A stretch of 61,570 nt of DNA, from the IMG/VR virus record IMGVR_UViG_3300036853_000133, positions 1 to 61,570 of that record, one strand, 5' to 3'. The position numbers and the translations under genes are program-made. Below the pieces are notes generated by a model that worked only from the letters and a program-made list of their open reading frames with translations, searched no databases and was not told the DNA's origin. The stretch is from a virus (Duplodnaviria > Caudoviricetes). Of the stretch, positions 17,516-26,709 are shown one piece after another. Each line of letters opens with the position of its first letter. Position 1 is the first letter of the stretch.

Positions 17516-18784
17516 GTGGCGATCAAAGAACATTTCGAAGGCAAGCGCGACCTGGGCCTGATCGATCCGCGGAAACTGTCGGTTGATCCTGGCTACAACG
17601 TTCGCGATCTGGACAAGCCGGAAGCGCGCGAGGGCTTGGACTATCTCAAGTCGCTGATCCGCGCATCTGGCGTACAGGCGCCACTACGCATTCGCGAAGA
17701 CGGAGTCCGCGCGGACGGCAGCGCAAACCTGCTGATCGTGCGCGGACATCGCCGCCACAAGGTGGTGATGGAGCTGATTGCCGAAGGTCATCCGATCAAG
17801 CTAGTTCCCGTCACCCAGGAGCCGCGCGGCACCACGCCGGCCGAACGCAACTGGGACTTAATCGATTCCAATTCCGAAGAGCCGCTGAAGGGGTTCGAAC
17901 GCGCCGACGCGCTTTATCGTCAGATCCACACGTTCGGATGGACGGAAGAAGAAATCCTGCGCCGTACCGGCAAGACCAAGCAATGGCTCGATCAGCAGCT
18001 TGAACTTCGCACGGTCGCGCCGGAGTCGCGCAAGATGGTTGACGAAGGCAAGTCATCGTTGACTCTGGCGCGGCAGACCACACGCGAGCATGGTGACAAA
18101 GCGCCGGAAATTCTCAAGAAAGCCGCTGAAGCCAGCCCGAACAAACGCGCCACGCCACGCGCGGTGGCTAAAGTAACCGGCAAGCGCCCGGCGCAATCCC
18201 GCGAGATGACCACCCTCGCGCTCGACTATATGGCCATAGCGAATGAGATCGAAGACGCGGCGAAACTTGCCGGCGGCGTAGACAAGCTCGGACCGGAACG
18301 GACCAAGGCGCTTCTGACGAAGACGCTCACCACGCTCGCGAAGTCGAAGGGACAGAAGGTCGAAGAGCCGAGAGCTTCCGAACCGTCCGCAGAAACCGGA
18401 GCGCCAGTCTCAGGCGCACAGTCCCTCGATCAGCTTAAAGAAGAGATCACTCTGCTGACGGAGCCGAAGCCGGAAGACGACGCGATCGCCGAACAGCGGC
18501 GTCGCGATGCTGCGGAATTCGAAGCCGCGGCGCCGAAGGTGCTGCCGTACGCAAGCTCGAAAGTTGATAAGCTTCTTGCAGGCTTCATCGCAGCCGATGC
18601 TGCGGCCTTGGCCCGGCAATACGCCCAACTTCTCAAAGAATTCGAAGATGCTCGCGGCTACGGCCAGCACACGGATGCACAGGAACAGCTTTGCATCGCA
18701 TCCGATGTGATCGGACAGCTTCGCTTCCCCGACGATTGGGAGAATGCAAAGGCCACCGCAGAGCTGTCTCAGGTGGCCGCGTGA
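17516..18784 (+). CDS. ParB N-terminal-domain protein
   Basis: GYNVRD, IRASGVQAPL, IVRGHRRH, followed by an HTH. Confidence 0.8.
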   Translation: MAIKEHFEGKRDLGLIDPRKLSVDPGYNVRDLDKPEAREGLDYLKSLIRASGVQAPLRIREDGVRADGSANLLIVRGHRRHKVVMELIAEGHPIKLVPVTQEPRGTTPAERNWDLIDSNSEEPLKGFERADALYRQIHTFGWTEEEILRRTGKTKQWLDQQLELRTVAPESRKMVDEGKSSLTLARQTTREHGDKAPEILKKAAEASPNKRATPRAVAKVTGKRPAQSREMTTLALDYMAIANEIEDAAKLAGGVDKLGPERTKALLTKTLTTLAKSKGQKVEEPRASEPSAETGAPVSGAQSLDQLKEEITLLTEPKPEDDAIAEQRRRDAAEFEAAAPKVLPYASSKVDKLLAGFIAADAAALARQYAQLLKEFEDARGYGQHTDAQEQLCIASDVIGQLRFPDDWENAKATAELSQVAA

Positions 18785-19068
18785 GAACTTGGCCACCAAC
18801 ACCCTTCATGATCAGGGCACTCGTAGCCATTGTTGCTGGCGGCGGTCGGGTCTGGCCGATGAAGGGCGGATGGTGGACCGTCGACAAGGTCACTCACTTG
18901 CTCATCGAACCGGAGCCGCAATCATCCTCTGGAATCGTCGGAACATTGACAATTCGTGCGCTGGAGAGGCGCGGAGCGCTAAAGCGCGCGATGGTCGAAC
19001 AACGTGACTGGCTGGACGCGCGCGACGTTACCGATGTCGGCCGAAAGCTCGCGCAGGATTTGTCATGA
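18781..19068 (+). CDS. hypothetical protein
   Basis: GTGA coupled; TIRALERRG..VTDVGR. Confidence 0.6.
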   Translation: MRTWPPTPFMIRALVAIVAGGGRVWPMKGGWWTVDKVTHLLIEPEPQSSSGIVGTLTIRALERRGALKRAMVEQRDWLDARDVTDVGRKLAQDLS

Positions 19069-19154
19069 TCACCACAGGCGCCATCACCATCGTCCTCTCT
19101 ATCGGATGTGCGGTCGGCGCCGTTCTCGTGAACAAGTTTGTTGAGTGGGAGTAA
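19065..19154 (+). CDS. membrane peptide
   Basis: MITTGAITIVLSIGCAVGAVLVNKFVEWE. Confidence 0.45.
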   Translation: MITTGAITIVLSIGCAVGAVLVNKFVEWE

Positions 19155-19160
19155 CAGTCA

Positions 19161-19535
19161 ATGCGTAGCCGAACCGAACAGCATCAGATCCCCGCGCCCG
19201 TCCTCTTCCCCATCCCGCCGATGCCGGCGGCACGTGAGATAGCGCAACTCCCGTTCGCGCAAGGCGATACGCTTCTCTGCGCAGGTATGACGCGTGAAGC
19301 CTCGATCGAGTTGCTGCGCCTGTGTCCTGGCCTGATGGCATCGGCAATGTTGCCGAAGCTGGAGATGCGCAAGCGTGAAGGCGGACCCGATCAGGCAACA
19401 GTCTTCGATTGGCTTGTTGCACAAGGCTACGCCTGGCGACCACCTGGAATGAATACGACAGAGGTTCGGTTGACACCGGGCGGGCAGGAGAAGGCCCGTG
19501 GTGTGTTGATCTATGTGGCGAGTGGGCATTGGTGA
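19161..19535 (+). CDS. hypothetical protein
   Basis: GGGAG RBS. Confidence 0.55.
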   Translation: MRSRTEQHQIPAPVLFPIPPMPAAREIAQLPFAQGDTLLCAGMTREASIELLRLCPGLMASAMLPKLEMRKREGGPDQATVFDWLVAQGYAWRPPGMNTTEVRLTPGGQEKARGVLIYVASGHW

Positions 19536-19539
19536 AGAC

Positions 19540-19902
19540 ATGAAAGACGCCATCGCAGCCGCGCTCAAGCCCTATGGATACGAATGGCTCGTATCGGCAA
19601 CCGGCATCGCTGGCCCCGGCAGCGTGATCGTTGTCTTCGCCGGCAAAGGTGACTTCTACACGGCATGTCTCACGCATGACGATCAGGTTGTCTGGGTCAT
19701 GACGTGCGGCGGCCAGGAAGTCGACGCCAACACGGACGAGTGCAACGCGCTCCATCAGCGAACGAGAGACCTTTACCGAGTTTCTGATTCAGGCTCCGCC
19801 AAACAATATTGCGTACCCAGGTTTGAGGCGGACCTGAAGAGCCCCGGCGCGGGTGCACGTAGCGTATCAGCGTCCGCGCCGGGGGATTCTTTGGAGGTGT
19901 AG
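19540..19902 (+). CDS. hypothetical protein
   Basis: ORF in operon order. Confidence 0.55.
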   Translation: MKDAIAAALKPYGYEWLVSATGIAGPGSVIVVFAGKGDFYTACLTHDDQVVWVMTCGGQEVDANTDECNALHQRTRDLYRVSDSGSAKQYCVPRFEADLKSPGAGARSVSASAPGDSLEV

Positions 19903-19929
19903 AGGTGACATCCCAACAACGCGGCACAG

Positions 19930-20658
19930 ATGTCTGACCTATTTACATCGATAGCACCGAAGGAAGGTCGCCCGCTGAGCGTCATGCTCGCACGCGATCC
20001 CGAGGTTTTGCAGGTGATGCTTGATTTCTATGCTTGGCCAGAGGCGAGGGTCTTGGACGTAACGGCCAACGAAAGGCGTATGTGGAAGGGAATCGCTCAC
20101 CCTGGGGGCGTCACTTTTGCTGACATCGACCCGGCCATGAATCCAGACATCATAGCGGACTTTCGGGCGCTCCCCTGCGAACCGTCAAGCTATGATGTGA
20201 TTGTCTTCGACCCTCCCCACCTGCCTGCGGCGGCGGCCAGCCCGGAATCGCTAAAGAAGTTTGTGGGAAATTATGGGCTCGGGCACGCGCCGAGAGGCGA
20301 CAATATCGCTCAGTATTTTGAGCCGTTTCTCAAAGAAGCTGACCGCGTGCTGCGTCCAGAGGGTCTTGTATTCGCCAAGCTCAAGGACTTTGTGCACAAC
20401 CACGCCTATCAATGGATGCTCGCCGACTTCATCTACGCCGTTCGCGCGCAGACCGGGCTAACTCCGTGCGACTTGATCGTGAAGCGTGACCCGAACGGCG
20501 GTGGCCTCAAGTCATCTAAGTGGCAAAAAGCTCACCACGTCCGCAACGCCCATTGCTGGTGGATTGTGGTGAGAAAGGGACGCTGCGAAACACGGCGTCG
20601 CGTAGCAATATCGCAGGTAAACAAGCCGGAGGGAAGCCATGAGCACAAGCGCAGATGA
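19930..20658 (+). CDS. amino (N6A/N4C) DNA methyltransferase-like protein
   Basis: RVLDVTAN..MW, DID, YDVIVFDPPH, EADRVLRPEG. Confidence 0.8.
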   Translation: MSDLFTSIAPKEGRPLSVMLARDPEVLQVMLDFYAWPEARVLDVTANERRMWKGIAHPGGVTFADIDPAMNPDIIADFRALPCEPSSYDVIVFDPPHLPAAAASPESLKKFVGNYGLGHAPRGDNIAQYFEPFLKEADRVLRPEGLVFAKLKDFVHNHAYQWMLADFIYAVRAQTGLTPCDLIVKRDPNGGGLKSSKWQKAHHVRNAHCWWIVVRKGRCETRRRVAISQVNKPEGSHEHKRR

Positions 20659-20911
20659 GGATTGGCGCGAAGACCCGAGTGCGGACGAGCGATGGAATGC
20701 TGGCCTCGATTACGCAATGACCCGGTTCTGTCACGTCCTGGGGGTCGATCCGAAGGATGTAACTTGGGATGCTGCGACCGAAGAGCTTGACGGTGACGTA
20801 TGCGCCGTCATTGGGAACATCCTCCGGGTTAAATTTGGCGACGATTTTGACCCTACTGCGCCCGGCGTAGCGATAACGCAGGGGAGCGTAGCACATGACG
20901 TATCCGTATGA
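20639..20911 (+). CDS. acidic hypothetical protein
   Basis: GGAGG RBS. Confidence 0.6.
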   Translation: MSTSADEDWREDPSADERWNAGLDYAMTRFCHVLGVDPKDVTWDAATEELDGDVCAVIGNILRVKFGDDFDPTAPGVAITQGSVAHDVSV

Positions 20912-21122
20912 AGAATTTGGCGACCCTGTTGCCAACGCGCGGGACTCCTACCGGGAAGAAAACGAGCGGTTACGCGCAACTCTACGAGCGATAGAGAACA
21001 TGCCTGCAACAATGGCCAACGATTCCGAAAGCTTGCGGCACACAATCAAGACGATTCGATACATGGCGAGAGCCGCAATAACCAGTGGTCAACAATCCAC
21101 CGTCTCTCAGCAGAAGGAGTGA
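20895..21122 (+). CDS. hypothetical protein
   Basis: RBS; coiled-coil segment. Confidence 0.55.
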   Translation: MTYPYEEFGDPVANARDSYREENERLRATLRAIENMPATMANDSESLRHTIKTIRYMARAAITSGQQSTVSQQKE

Positions 21123-21463
21123 CCATGCCCACAGACGGCCGCGCATCCGGCAATTCTCTGTCTCCATCATGCATTCGAAGCGGAGATGGACCAGAGGTCG
21201 CATGCGCGGCTGGGCAGGCTTGTGTCTCTACTCCCAAATACAAACCGATCCCTGCCGATCATCGCGCGTGTCTCTCTCGGCTGATCGAAATGGGCCGCAT
21301 GATCCGAAGGCATGATGGAAGCTACGGCACACCATCGAAGATGATGATTCCGAACGCCATCGCAACCGCACTCAAGGCAAGACGGATGATCGTTGCTGGG
21401 TTCAACAGTGAAGTTGTTCCGACAGAGCTTGGGCGACGGTTCAATGAGGAGAAGAACACATGA
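21119..21463 (+). CDS. hypothetical protein
   Basis: AAGGAG RBS. Confidence 0.5.
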   Translation: MTMPTDGRASGNSLSPSCIRSGDGPEVACAAGQACVSTPKYKPIPADHRACLSRLIEMGRMIRRHDGSYGTPSKMMIPNAIATALKARRMIVAGFNSEVVPTELGRRFNEEKNT

Positions 21464-21738
21464 GCGCCGAAGCATGGAATGCGATGTCCACCATCGTCTT
21501 CATACTTGCGATTCTCGCTTATGTCGTTTGGTCACGATGGCTCGACTATAAGAGCGGAAAATCTTTTCACCACGTGACCGTACCACACATGGGACAGTCT
21601 CCAGTATTTGAAGTGCTCCAGATATCGCCAGACTGCGACAGCCCCAATCTGTCGATCGACTTTAGGACCTATGAAGATCGTGAGCGCGCGATGGAATGGT
21701 TCAAGTTGATGATGCCGGGGGATCCCAATGCGTCATAG
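21460..21738 (+). CDS. membrane-anchored hypothetical protein
   Basis: N-terminal TM; GAGGAG RBS. Confidence 0.55.
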   Translation: MSAEAWNAMSTIVFILAILAYVVWSRWLDYKSGKSFHHVTVPHMGQSPVFEVLQISPDCDSPNLSIDFRTYEDRERAMEWFKLMMPGDPNAS

Positions 21739-21994
21739 CGCCATCGCGTTCATCATTCCGATCGCAGCCGGGCAAGAGCCATACGTTCAGGTCATCGAGG
21801 ACGATCACGACGCCTTCGATTCCGCTGACTGCTCCATCTATTCCGATGAAACCGGAGACACCGGAAGCGTCATCGAGATGATCGAGAACTCTCTCGTGTG
21901 CGATTGCGGGAATGACATCTTCGTCTTCAATCGATGCACGGGGTGTGGATCTCCTGCGCCGTGGGCAAGCAAGTTTGGGTGTGGGCTGGCATGA
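21728..21994 (+). CDS. Zn-ribbon hypothetical protein
   Basis: CDCG..CTGC. Confidence 0.55.
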   Translation: MRHSAIAFIIPIAAGQEPYVQVIEDDHDAFDSADCSIYSDETGDTGSVIEMIENSLVCDCGNDIFVFNRCTGCGSPAPWASKFGCGLA

Positions 21995-22749
21995 CGATGG
22001 GCTCGCATCAAACCACGATCGGCAAGAACGACGCGCGTTTCACACCGCGCTATGTGTTCGAACCGCTCGGGCCATTCGATACCGATGTCTGCTCAGGCGA
22101 TCCGCGCCCATGGGATATCGCCGAGATCAACATCACGGCCGCGCAGGACTCGCTGCTACTCGATTGGCGCGAGCTTGGACGCAAGTGGTGTAATCCGCCA
22201 TTCAATCGCTACCAGGTTGGCGCCTTCGTCGCGAAGATGTGCGAGGCGAACCACGGCACGCTGTTACTCCACGTCCGCACGGAAACCGAATGGTTCAAGC
22301 CGATCTGGGATCGCGCCTCCGCGCTGCTGTTCCTCGCCGGCCGCGTGATCTTCTGCAAGGCGGACGGGACGCCATGCACGATCGAGAACCCGGAGGCCAA
22401 ACACTACGGCAAGACTGCCAACTCAGGCGCTCCGGTTGTCCTGTGTGCCTTCGGCGACTTCGACGCCGACGTGCTGGCCGCGCAGCCTCGCGACTTCGGC
22501 GCCTTCGTGCCGCTCATCTTCCAGCGTGGCGTTCTCGTCCTCCCGATGCCGGATGACCGAAGTTGGCGCGAGACGGTCAACGCGTGGCTACAGCGCCAGA
22601 ACGGCCCGGTACGCGTGTCAGATCTTTACCGGGTGTTTCAGGGACATCCGAAAGCACAGGGCTCGCCCTACTGGCGTGAGCAAATCCGCAAGGTGCTGCA
22701 GCTCGGAGCCGGCAAGAGTGTCGGGCGGGATCAATGGGTGGCGGCATGA
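21991..22749 (+). CDS. phage Dam-family N6-adenine methyltransferase
   Basis: FTPRYVFEPLGPFDTDVC, WCNPPF, RTETEWF, FLAGRVIF. Confidence 0.88.
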   Translation: MTMGSHQTTIGKNDARFTPRYVFEPLGPFDTDVCSGDPRPWDIAEINITAAQDSLLLDWRELGRKWCNPPFNRYQVGAFVAKMCEANHGTLLLHVRTETEWFKPIWDRASALLFLAGRVIFCKADGTPCTIENPEAKHYGKTANSGAPVVLCAFGDFDADVLAAQPRDFGAFVPLIFQRGVLVLPMPDDRSWRETVNAWLQRQNGPVRVSDLYRVFQGHPKAQGSPYWREQIRKVLQLGAGKSVGRDQWVAA

Positions 22750-23627
22750 GCAACGCTCCGAACTACGCCCCACTGTTCTACTGGGTCCGCGAGCGCGAAT
22801 ACATTCGCAAGCGGAAAGAAAGTGACCCAGGCGAGTTCAAGTCCTGGACCACGGACATCATCCTCAAGATATATCGCTTCTGCAATGTTCGTCGCGAAGA
22901 CGACCGCGGCACGATCTGGATTCGAAAGAACATCCGCGAGCCGTTCGCCGATCATCCGTACCTATGGCTGATGCTCTGCATTGCCCGGCAGATCAACTGG
23001 CCCGACACACTGGCGGAATTGATCGCGGACGGCGGCGCATGGCCGGACAGCACCAACTTCGATTTTGCACCACGCATGACGCAAGTGCTGAACGACCGCA
23101 AGGCGCGCGGCGAGAAGGTCTATACAGGCGCCTACATGATCTCGGCGCCGGCCACGAAGCGGCAGGACAAACAGTCCTATATCGCAGAGACCGTGATCGG
23201 CGATCTGTGGAATCGGCGAGATTTCTTCGCGCGCCTCTTACGCCGCAAGCCCGCATTGCGCGAAGTTCACGAAGGCATCACGCGCTCGAACGGCTGGGGG
23301 CAGTTCATGGCCTATCAGGCCGTGGTCGACATGCGGTTCACAGCGCTACTGCAGGATGCCGAAGACGTATCACGCTGGGCTGCTGCAGGCCCTGGCACGC
23401 TGCGCGGATTGAACCGCATCCACGGCCGCGCCGTCGACTACTCCCTATCCCAAAGCCAGGCGCTCACGGAGATGCGCGCCATCTATGCCGTCGTCCAGCA
23501 AGAGACCGGCGTCACGATGGACTTCAGCGACGTCCCGAACATCCTCTGTGAGACGGACAAATATCTGCGCGTGAAGAACGGCGAAGGCAAGCCGCGGGCG
23601 CTGTATGTGCCGGGGCGTGGATCATGA
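22746..23627 (+). CDS. 5-hmdU DNA kinase-like protein (aGPT-Pplase family)
   Basis: EREYIR..WTTDIILKIYRFCNVRREDDRGT, YTGAY, FMAYQAVVD, GPGTLRGLNRI, LCETDKYLR. Confidence 0.8.
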   Translation: MSNAPNYAPLFYWVREREYIRKRKESDPGEFKSWTTDIILKIYRFCNVRREDDRGTIWIRKNIREPFADHPYLWLMLCIARQINWPDTLAELIADGGAWPDSTNFDFAPRMTQVLNDRKARGEKVYTGAYMISAPATKRQDKQSYIAETVIGDLWNRRDFFARLLRRKPALREVHEGITRSNGWGQFMAYQAVVDMRFTALLQDAEDVSRWAAAGPGTLRGLNRIHGRAVDYSLSQSQALTEMRAIYAVVQQETGVTMDFSDVPNILCETDKYLRVKNGEGKPRALYVPGRGS

Positions 23628-24019
23628 CCTATTCCCGCCGCGAGTTCTCAACCGAGACAAAGCGCCAAGCTGTTCGGCGCAGCGGCGGTATCTGTGAATG
23701 CCACCTGCTTGCGAAGGCTGGCGTACCGGGATTCAGGCTTGATGGATGTGGGGTTCAGATTGGAATCGGCAACTGTTTCTTCGAACACATAGAGCCGAGT
23801 TACTTCGCAGGCCGGAACGATCTGGACAATATCGCTGCTATCTCGCGCACGTGCTGGAAGACGAAGACAGCGAAGTATGACCTCCCGAAGATCGCAAAGG
23901 TGAAGCGCCAGCAGAATATGCGGTTCGGGATCAAATCTGATTCAGGTCCGCCGATACCTGGCTCCAAGCGTTCTGCGTTTCGCAAGAAGGTGAATGGACA
24001 AGTGGAGTGGCGGACGTGA
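23624..24019 (+). CDS. degenerate HNH endonuclease
   Basis: RREFS..RSGGICEC, FEHIEP..NDLDN, KTAKYDLPKIAKVKR. Confidence 0.7.
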   Translation: MTYSRREFSTETKRQAVRRSGGICECHLLAKAGVPGFRLDGCGVQIGIGNCFFEHIEPSYFAGRNDLDNIAAISRTCWKTKTAKYDLPKIAKVKRQQNMRFGIKSDSGPPIPGSKRSAFRKKVNGQVEWRT

Positions 24020-24438
24020 CGGACAAAGACTTCACTCTCGACCCGCGCAAACTCCCCTCGTGGCTGCGCGAGCGTGCGAATGGCCATTCGCCAAAGTTTG
24101 CTATCGCTGTCTACGCGCGGCCTGCCGCATGGCTTGCGTTCGCGGATATCATCGAGTCCGCCCAGGCGGTGGCGCGGCCGGCGAGCGAATACGATCCGAG
24201 TATGGGGCCTGTGCTGTGGTGGAAATTCCCCATCACCGAACCGCCCTACGTCGGAGCGCCCGACGACTGCGGCATGACTGTTGAAGTCGACATTCGTCAT
24301 TACGTTGGTGGCGAGGGCGAGGTTAAGACTACATCGGCACGAACCGATGTCGGCGGATGGCCGGGTTATCATACGCACTTCACACTGATATCCTTCCCCA
24401 CCCCTCCATCAGCAGAGAAGAGCGGGGGTGAGAAGTGA
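24016..24438 (+). CDS. hypothetical protein
   Basis: GPVLWWKFPITEPPYVGAP..GGWPGYHTHF. Confidence 0.65.
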   Translation: MTDKDFTLDPRKLPSWLRERANGHSPKFAIAVYARPAAWLAFADIIESAQAVARPASEYDPSMGPVLWWKFPITEPPYVGAPDDCGMTVEVDIRHYVGGEGEVKTTSARTDVGGWPGYHTHFTLISFPTPPSAEKSGGEK

Positions 24439-24614
24439 CGCAAGAGATCATCGCCACATGCAAAGCACTGCGCGTCTTTCGCCACGGAAAGCCGGATCAG
24501 ATCCGCTGGGCCGCAGAGAACACGATCTATCTTCTGCGCAGCATCGTCCGCGGAAGAGTATCGCCGGAGTTGTTTGCTTCGCTTCGTGAGAAGATCGAGC
24601 AGATGCGCGTGTAG
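24435..24614 (+). CDS. hypothetical protein
   Basis: GTGA-coupled ORF, hand-read. Confidence 0.45.
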   Translation: MTQEIIATCKALRVFRHGKPDQIRWAAENTIYLLRSIVRGRVSPELFASLREKIEQMRV

Positions 24615-24641
24615 GGGCCGTCAACGCGGCAGGAGGAACCG

Positions 24642-24995
24642 ATGGGTTTCAAACCAGACTTCAGATCGAAGAGAGACGATCTGCCGGACGACTTCAACAG
24701 CCTACCAGTACGCGAGCGCGAACGCATGATGAAAGAACGGGTTCGGTTGCTGCACGTCTATGGCCAATATTGCTGGCACGGAGAGTGTCGGATCGTCGGG
24801 AATAAGAACGCGCTCACGGTGCTCCGCGACGCGATTGATGAGGCAATTCGCAAGGGTCGCGCTGAGACAGGCGCGATGGTGGCGGACGGAGAGGGCTACA
24901 CCGTTGAGGTCGAGATGTGCGACGCCGAATGGGAATCCGACAAATGGAAACGGCAGCCAATGCCCTATACGGCGGACTACGCCCGAGGCCGCTGA
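24642..24995 (+). CDS. hypothetical protein
   Basis: AGGAGG RBS. Confidence 0.65.
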   Translation: MGFKPDFRSKRDDLPDDFNSLPVRERERMMKERVRLLHVYGQYCWHGECRIVGNKNALTVLRDAIDEAIRKGRAETGAMVADGEGYTVEVEMCDAEWESDKWKRQPMPYTADYARGR

Positions 24996-25013
24996 CTGCC
25001 ACGCATACCGGAG

Positions 25014-25286
25014 ATGACTGCCATGAAAATAGAATGGATCGACGGCGGCCGTGAACCGAAATGTCCGCCAAACCCAGCGCATCCAAACGGCATCGACATT
25101 GATGCATCCGGCGGCGCCGAAGCGGCGTGCGGCGCGGAGTTGCGTCCGTATCCAGCGCCGCGCTGCGGTCACTTCCTCGTCACTTGCGAAACTTGCGGCC
25201 AGAGCATGGCAATTACCACCGCCGGGCGCCCCGATGATCCGCGTTCCGTGAAGATCGCCTGCCATCTCGTCAAACTAGGACACTGA
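25014..25286 (+). CDS. Cys-rich hypothetical protein
   Basis: CETCG; GGAG RBS. Confidence 0.6.
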   Translation: MTAMKIEWIDGGREPKCPPNPAHPNGIDIDASGGAEAACGAELRPYPAPRCGHFLVTCETCGQSMAITTAGRPDDPRSVKIACHLVKLGH

Positions 25287-25289
25287 CCC

Positions 25290-25550
25290 ATGGCTACCTT
25301 TACCGCTACCGCACTTTCTCCCGCCGCAGTCGAGATGCTCGGGCAGCTATACGTCAGCGGCCCAACCTGGGACGGCAACGTCTGCAGCAAGAACGGCCGC
25401 GGGGAGCTTTGCCGAGCTGGGCTTGCGTGGCACGAACATGGCTATGCTTCACTCACACCGGAGGGCGTGCGTTTGGCGGCAGAATGGAGCATCGCGGACC
25501 TGAAACACAGGAACGACGGTCGTTGGCTCAAGAAGCGGCGCGAGTCCTGA
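25290..25550 (+). CDS. hypothetical protein
   Basis: GPTWDGNVCSK..LTPEG. Confidence 0.6.
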   Translation: MATFTATALSPAAVEMLGQLYVSGPTWDGNVCSKNGRGELCRAGLAWHEHGYASLTPEGVRLAAEWSIADLKHRNDGRWLKKRRES

Positions 25551-25903
25551 TCTGCCGCGCATATGGGGAAGCACTGCCATGACGGGTGAGGACACGGTCT
25601 ATGTTGTGGGATGTGGCGCTGGCGCACGGCAATACCACATCATGGATGGCAAGCACGTTCCGGTTTTCCCTGCGACGGTCGGAAAGTGCCAAGCTCCGAA
25701 CGGCAGCGGCCGCACGACGGCAGACTGCCCTGGCAAGGAATGCCGTCGAACGGGCCAATGCCAAGTCGCGTAGTGGTAATGCGTCGGGAGCGCGACATGA
25801 TTGAATGCTGCAATAAGCCGTCGCAGTGCGCCTACGGATCAGGCGGGTATTGCCCTTGGACCGCACTTTGGTTCTGGGCGTGGTGAACAGGAGGTAATGA
25901 GCC

Positions 25904-26209
25904 ATGCAGCACGATTGGGTTCCCTCGACGCTTGGACACGGCAACCAGATGTGCAAGCGCTGCTGGGTGACAGACATGGAGGCCGCCGCGATCGGCATGA
26001 CCGAGTGCGACGCGCCAGCGCCGAAGGCCGCGAATGAAAACGCTCAGGAGCGCGTCTGGACCCAGGATGAGATCGACGCTGACGCCGAGCTGCCGTTCAT
26101 CTGCCCCGTAACGTGCCAGCCTTGCACGACTGAGCAGGACGAGTTTTGCGAGGACTACGGTTGCGCGCGCAAGGCTGGGATTGATGTCGATCGCGACCTA
26201 ATCGCGTAG
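25904..26209 (+). CDS. Cys-rich hypothetical protein
   Basis: AGGAGG RBS; CxxC pairs; AANEN motif. Confidence 0.6.
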   Translation: MQHDWVPSTLGHGNQMCKRCWVTDMEAAAIGMTECDAPAPKAANENAQERVWTQDEIDADAELPFICPVTCQPCTTEQDEFCEDYGCARKAGIDVDRDLIA

Positions 26210-26256
26210 CCCACTATGAGGCAGGCAACACCAGATAGCATCAGGCCGCAATTGAG

Positions 26257-26709
26257 ATGACTAAGACCACACCCTCACGAGACGATTTCGATCCCAACCA
26301 GCCCATCCGTTTGGCGCTGGCGGCCGAGATCGTCTATGGCGAGGGTGGTATGACGGCCAGTGGATTGAGGCGGGAGGCAGCGCGGGGACGGCTTGTAATA
26401 GAACGCACGGCGGGCAAGGATTACACCACCTTGGCCAACATCGACAGAATGAGGGAGGCATGCCGGCTCGATCAAAAGGCCCGCGCCTGTGGTGGCGAAA
26501 GCCCCGGCGCAGCAAAAGAACCGGCAAAATCACCCACCCAGGCGTCTGGATCATTCGCGATGGAAAGCGTCAGACGAGCACAGGCTGCGGCCACAACGAT
26601 CTTGACGGAGCTGCAAGGAAGCTCGCCGAGTATATCGCCCGAAAGCACGTCGTCACAACGACGAAGGGCGGGCCGCGTGATCCCGCTGAAATCCCCGTCG
26701 CCGACGTGA
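26257..26709 (+). CDS. xis: excisionase
   Basis: IRLALAAEI..MTASGLRREAARGRLVIERTAGKDYTTLANIDRM; overlaps int. Confidence 0.8.
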   Translation: MTKTTPSRDDFDPNQPIRLALAAEIVYGEGGMTASGLRREAARGRLVIERTAGKDYTTLANIDRMREACRLDQKARACGGESPGAAKEPAKSPTQASGSFAMESVRRAQAAATTILTELQGSSPSISPESTSSQRRRAGRVIPLKSPSPT

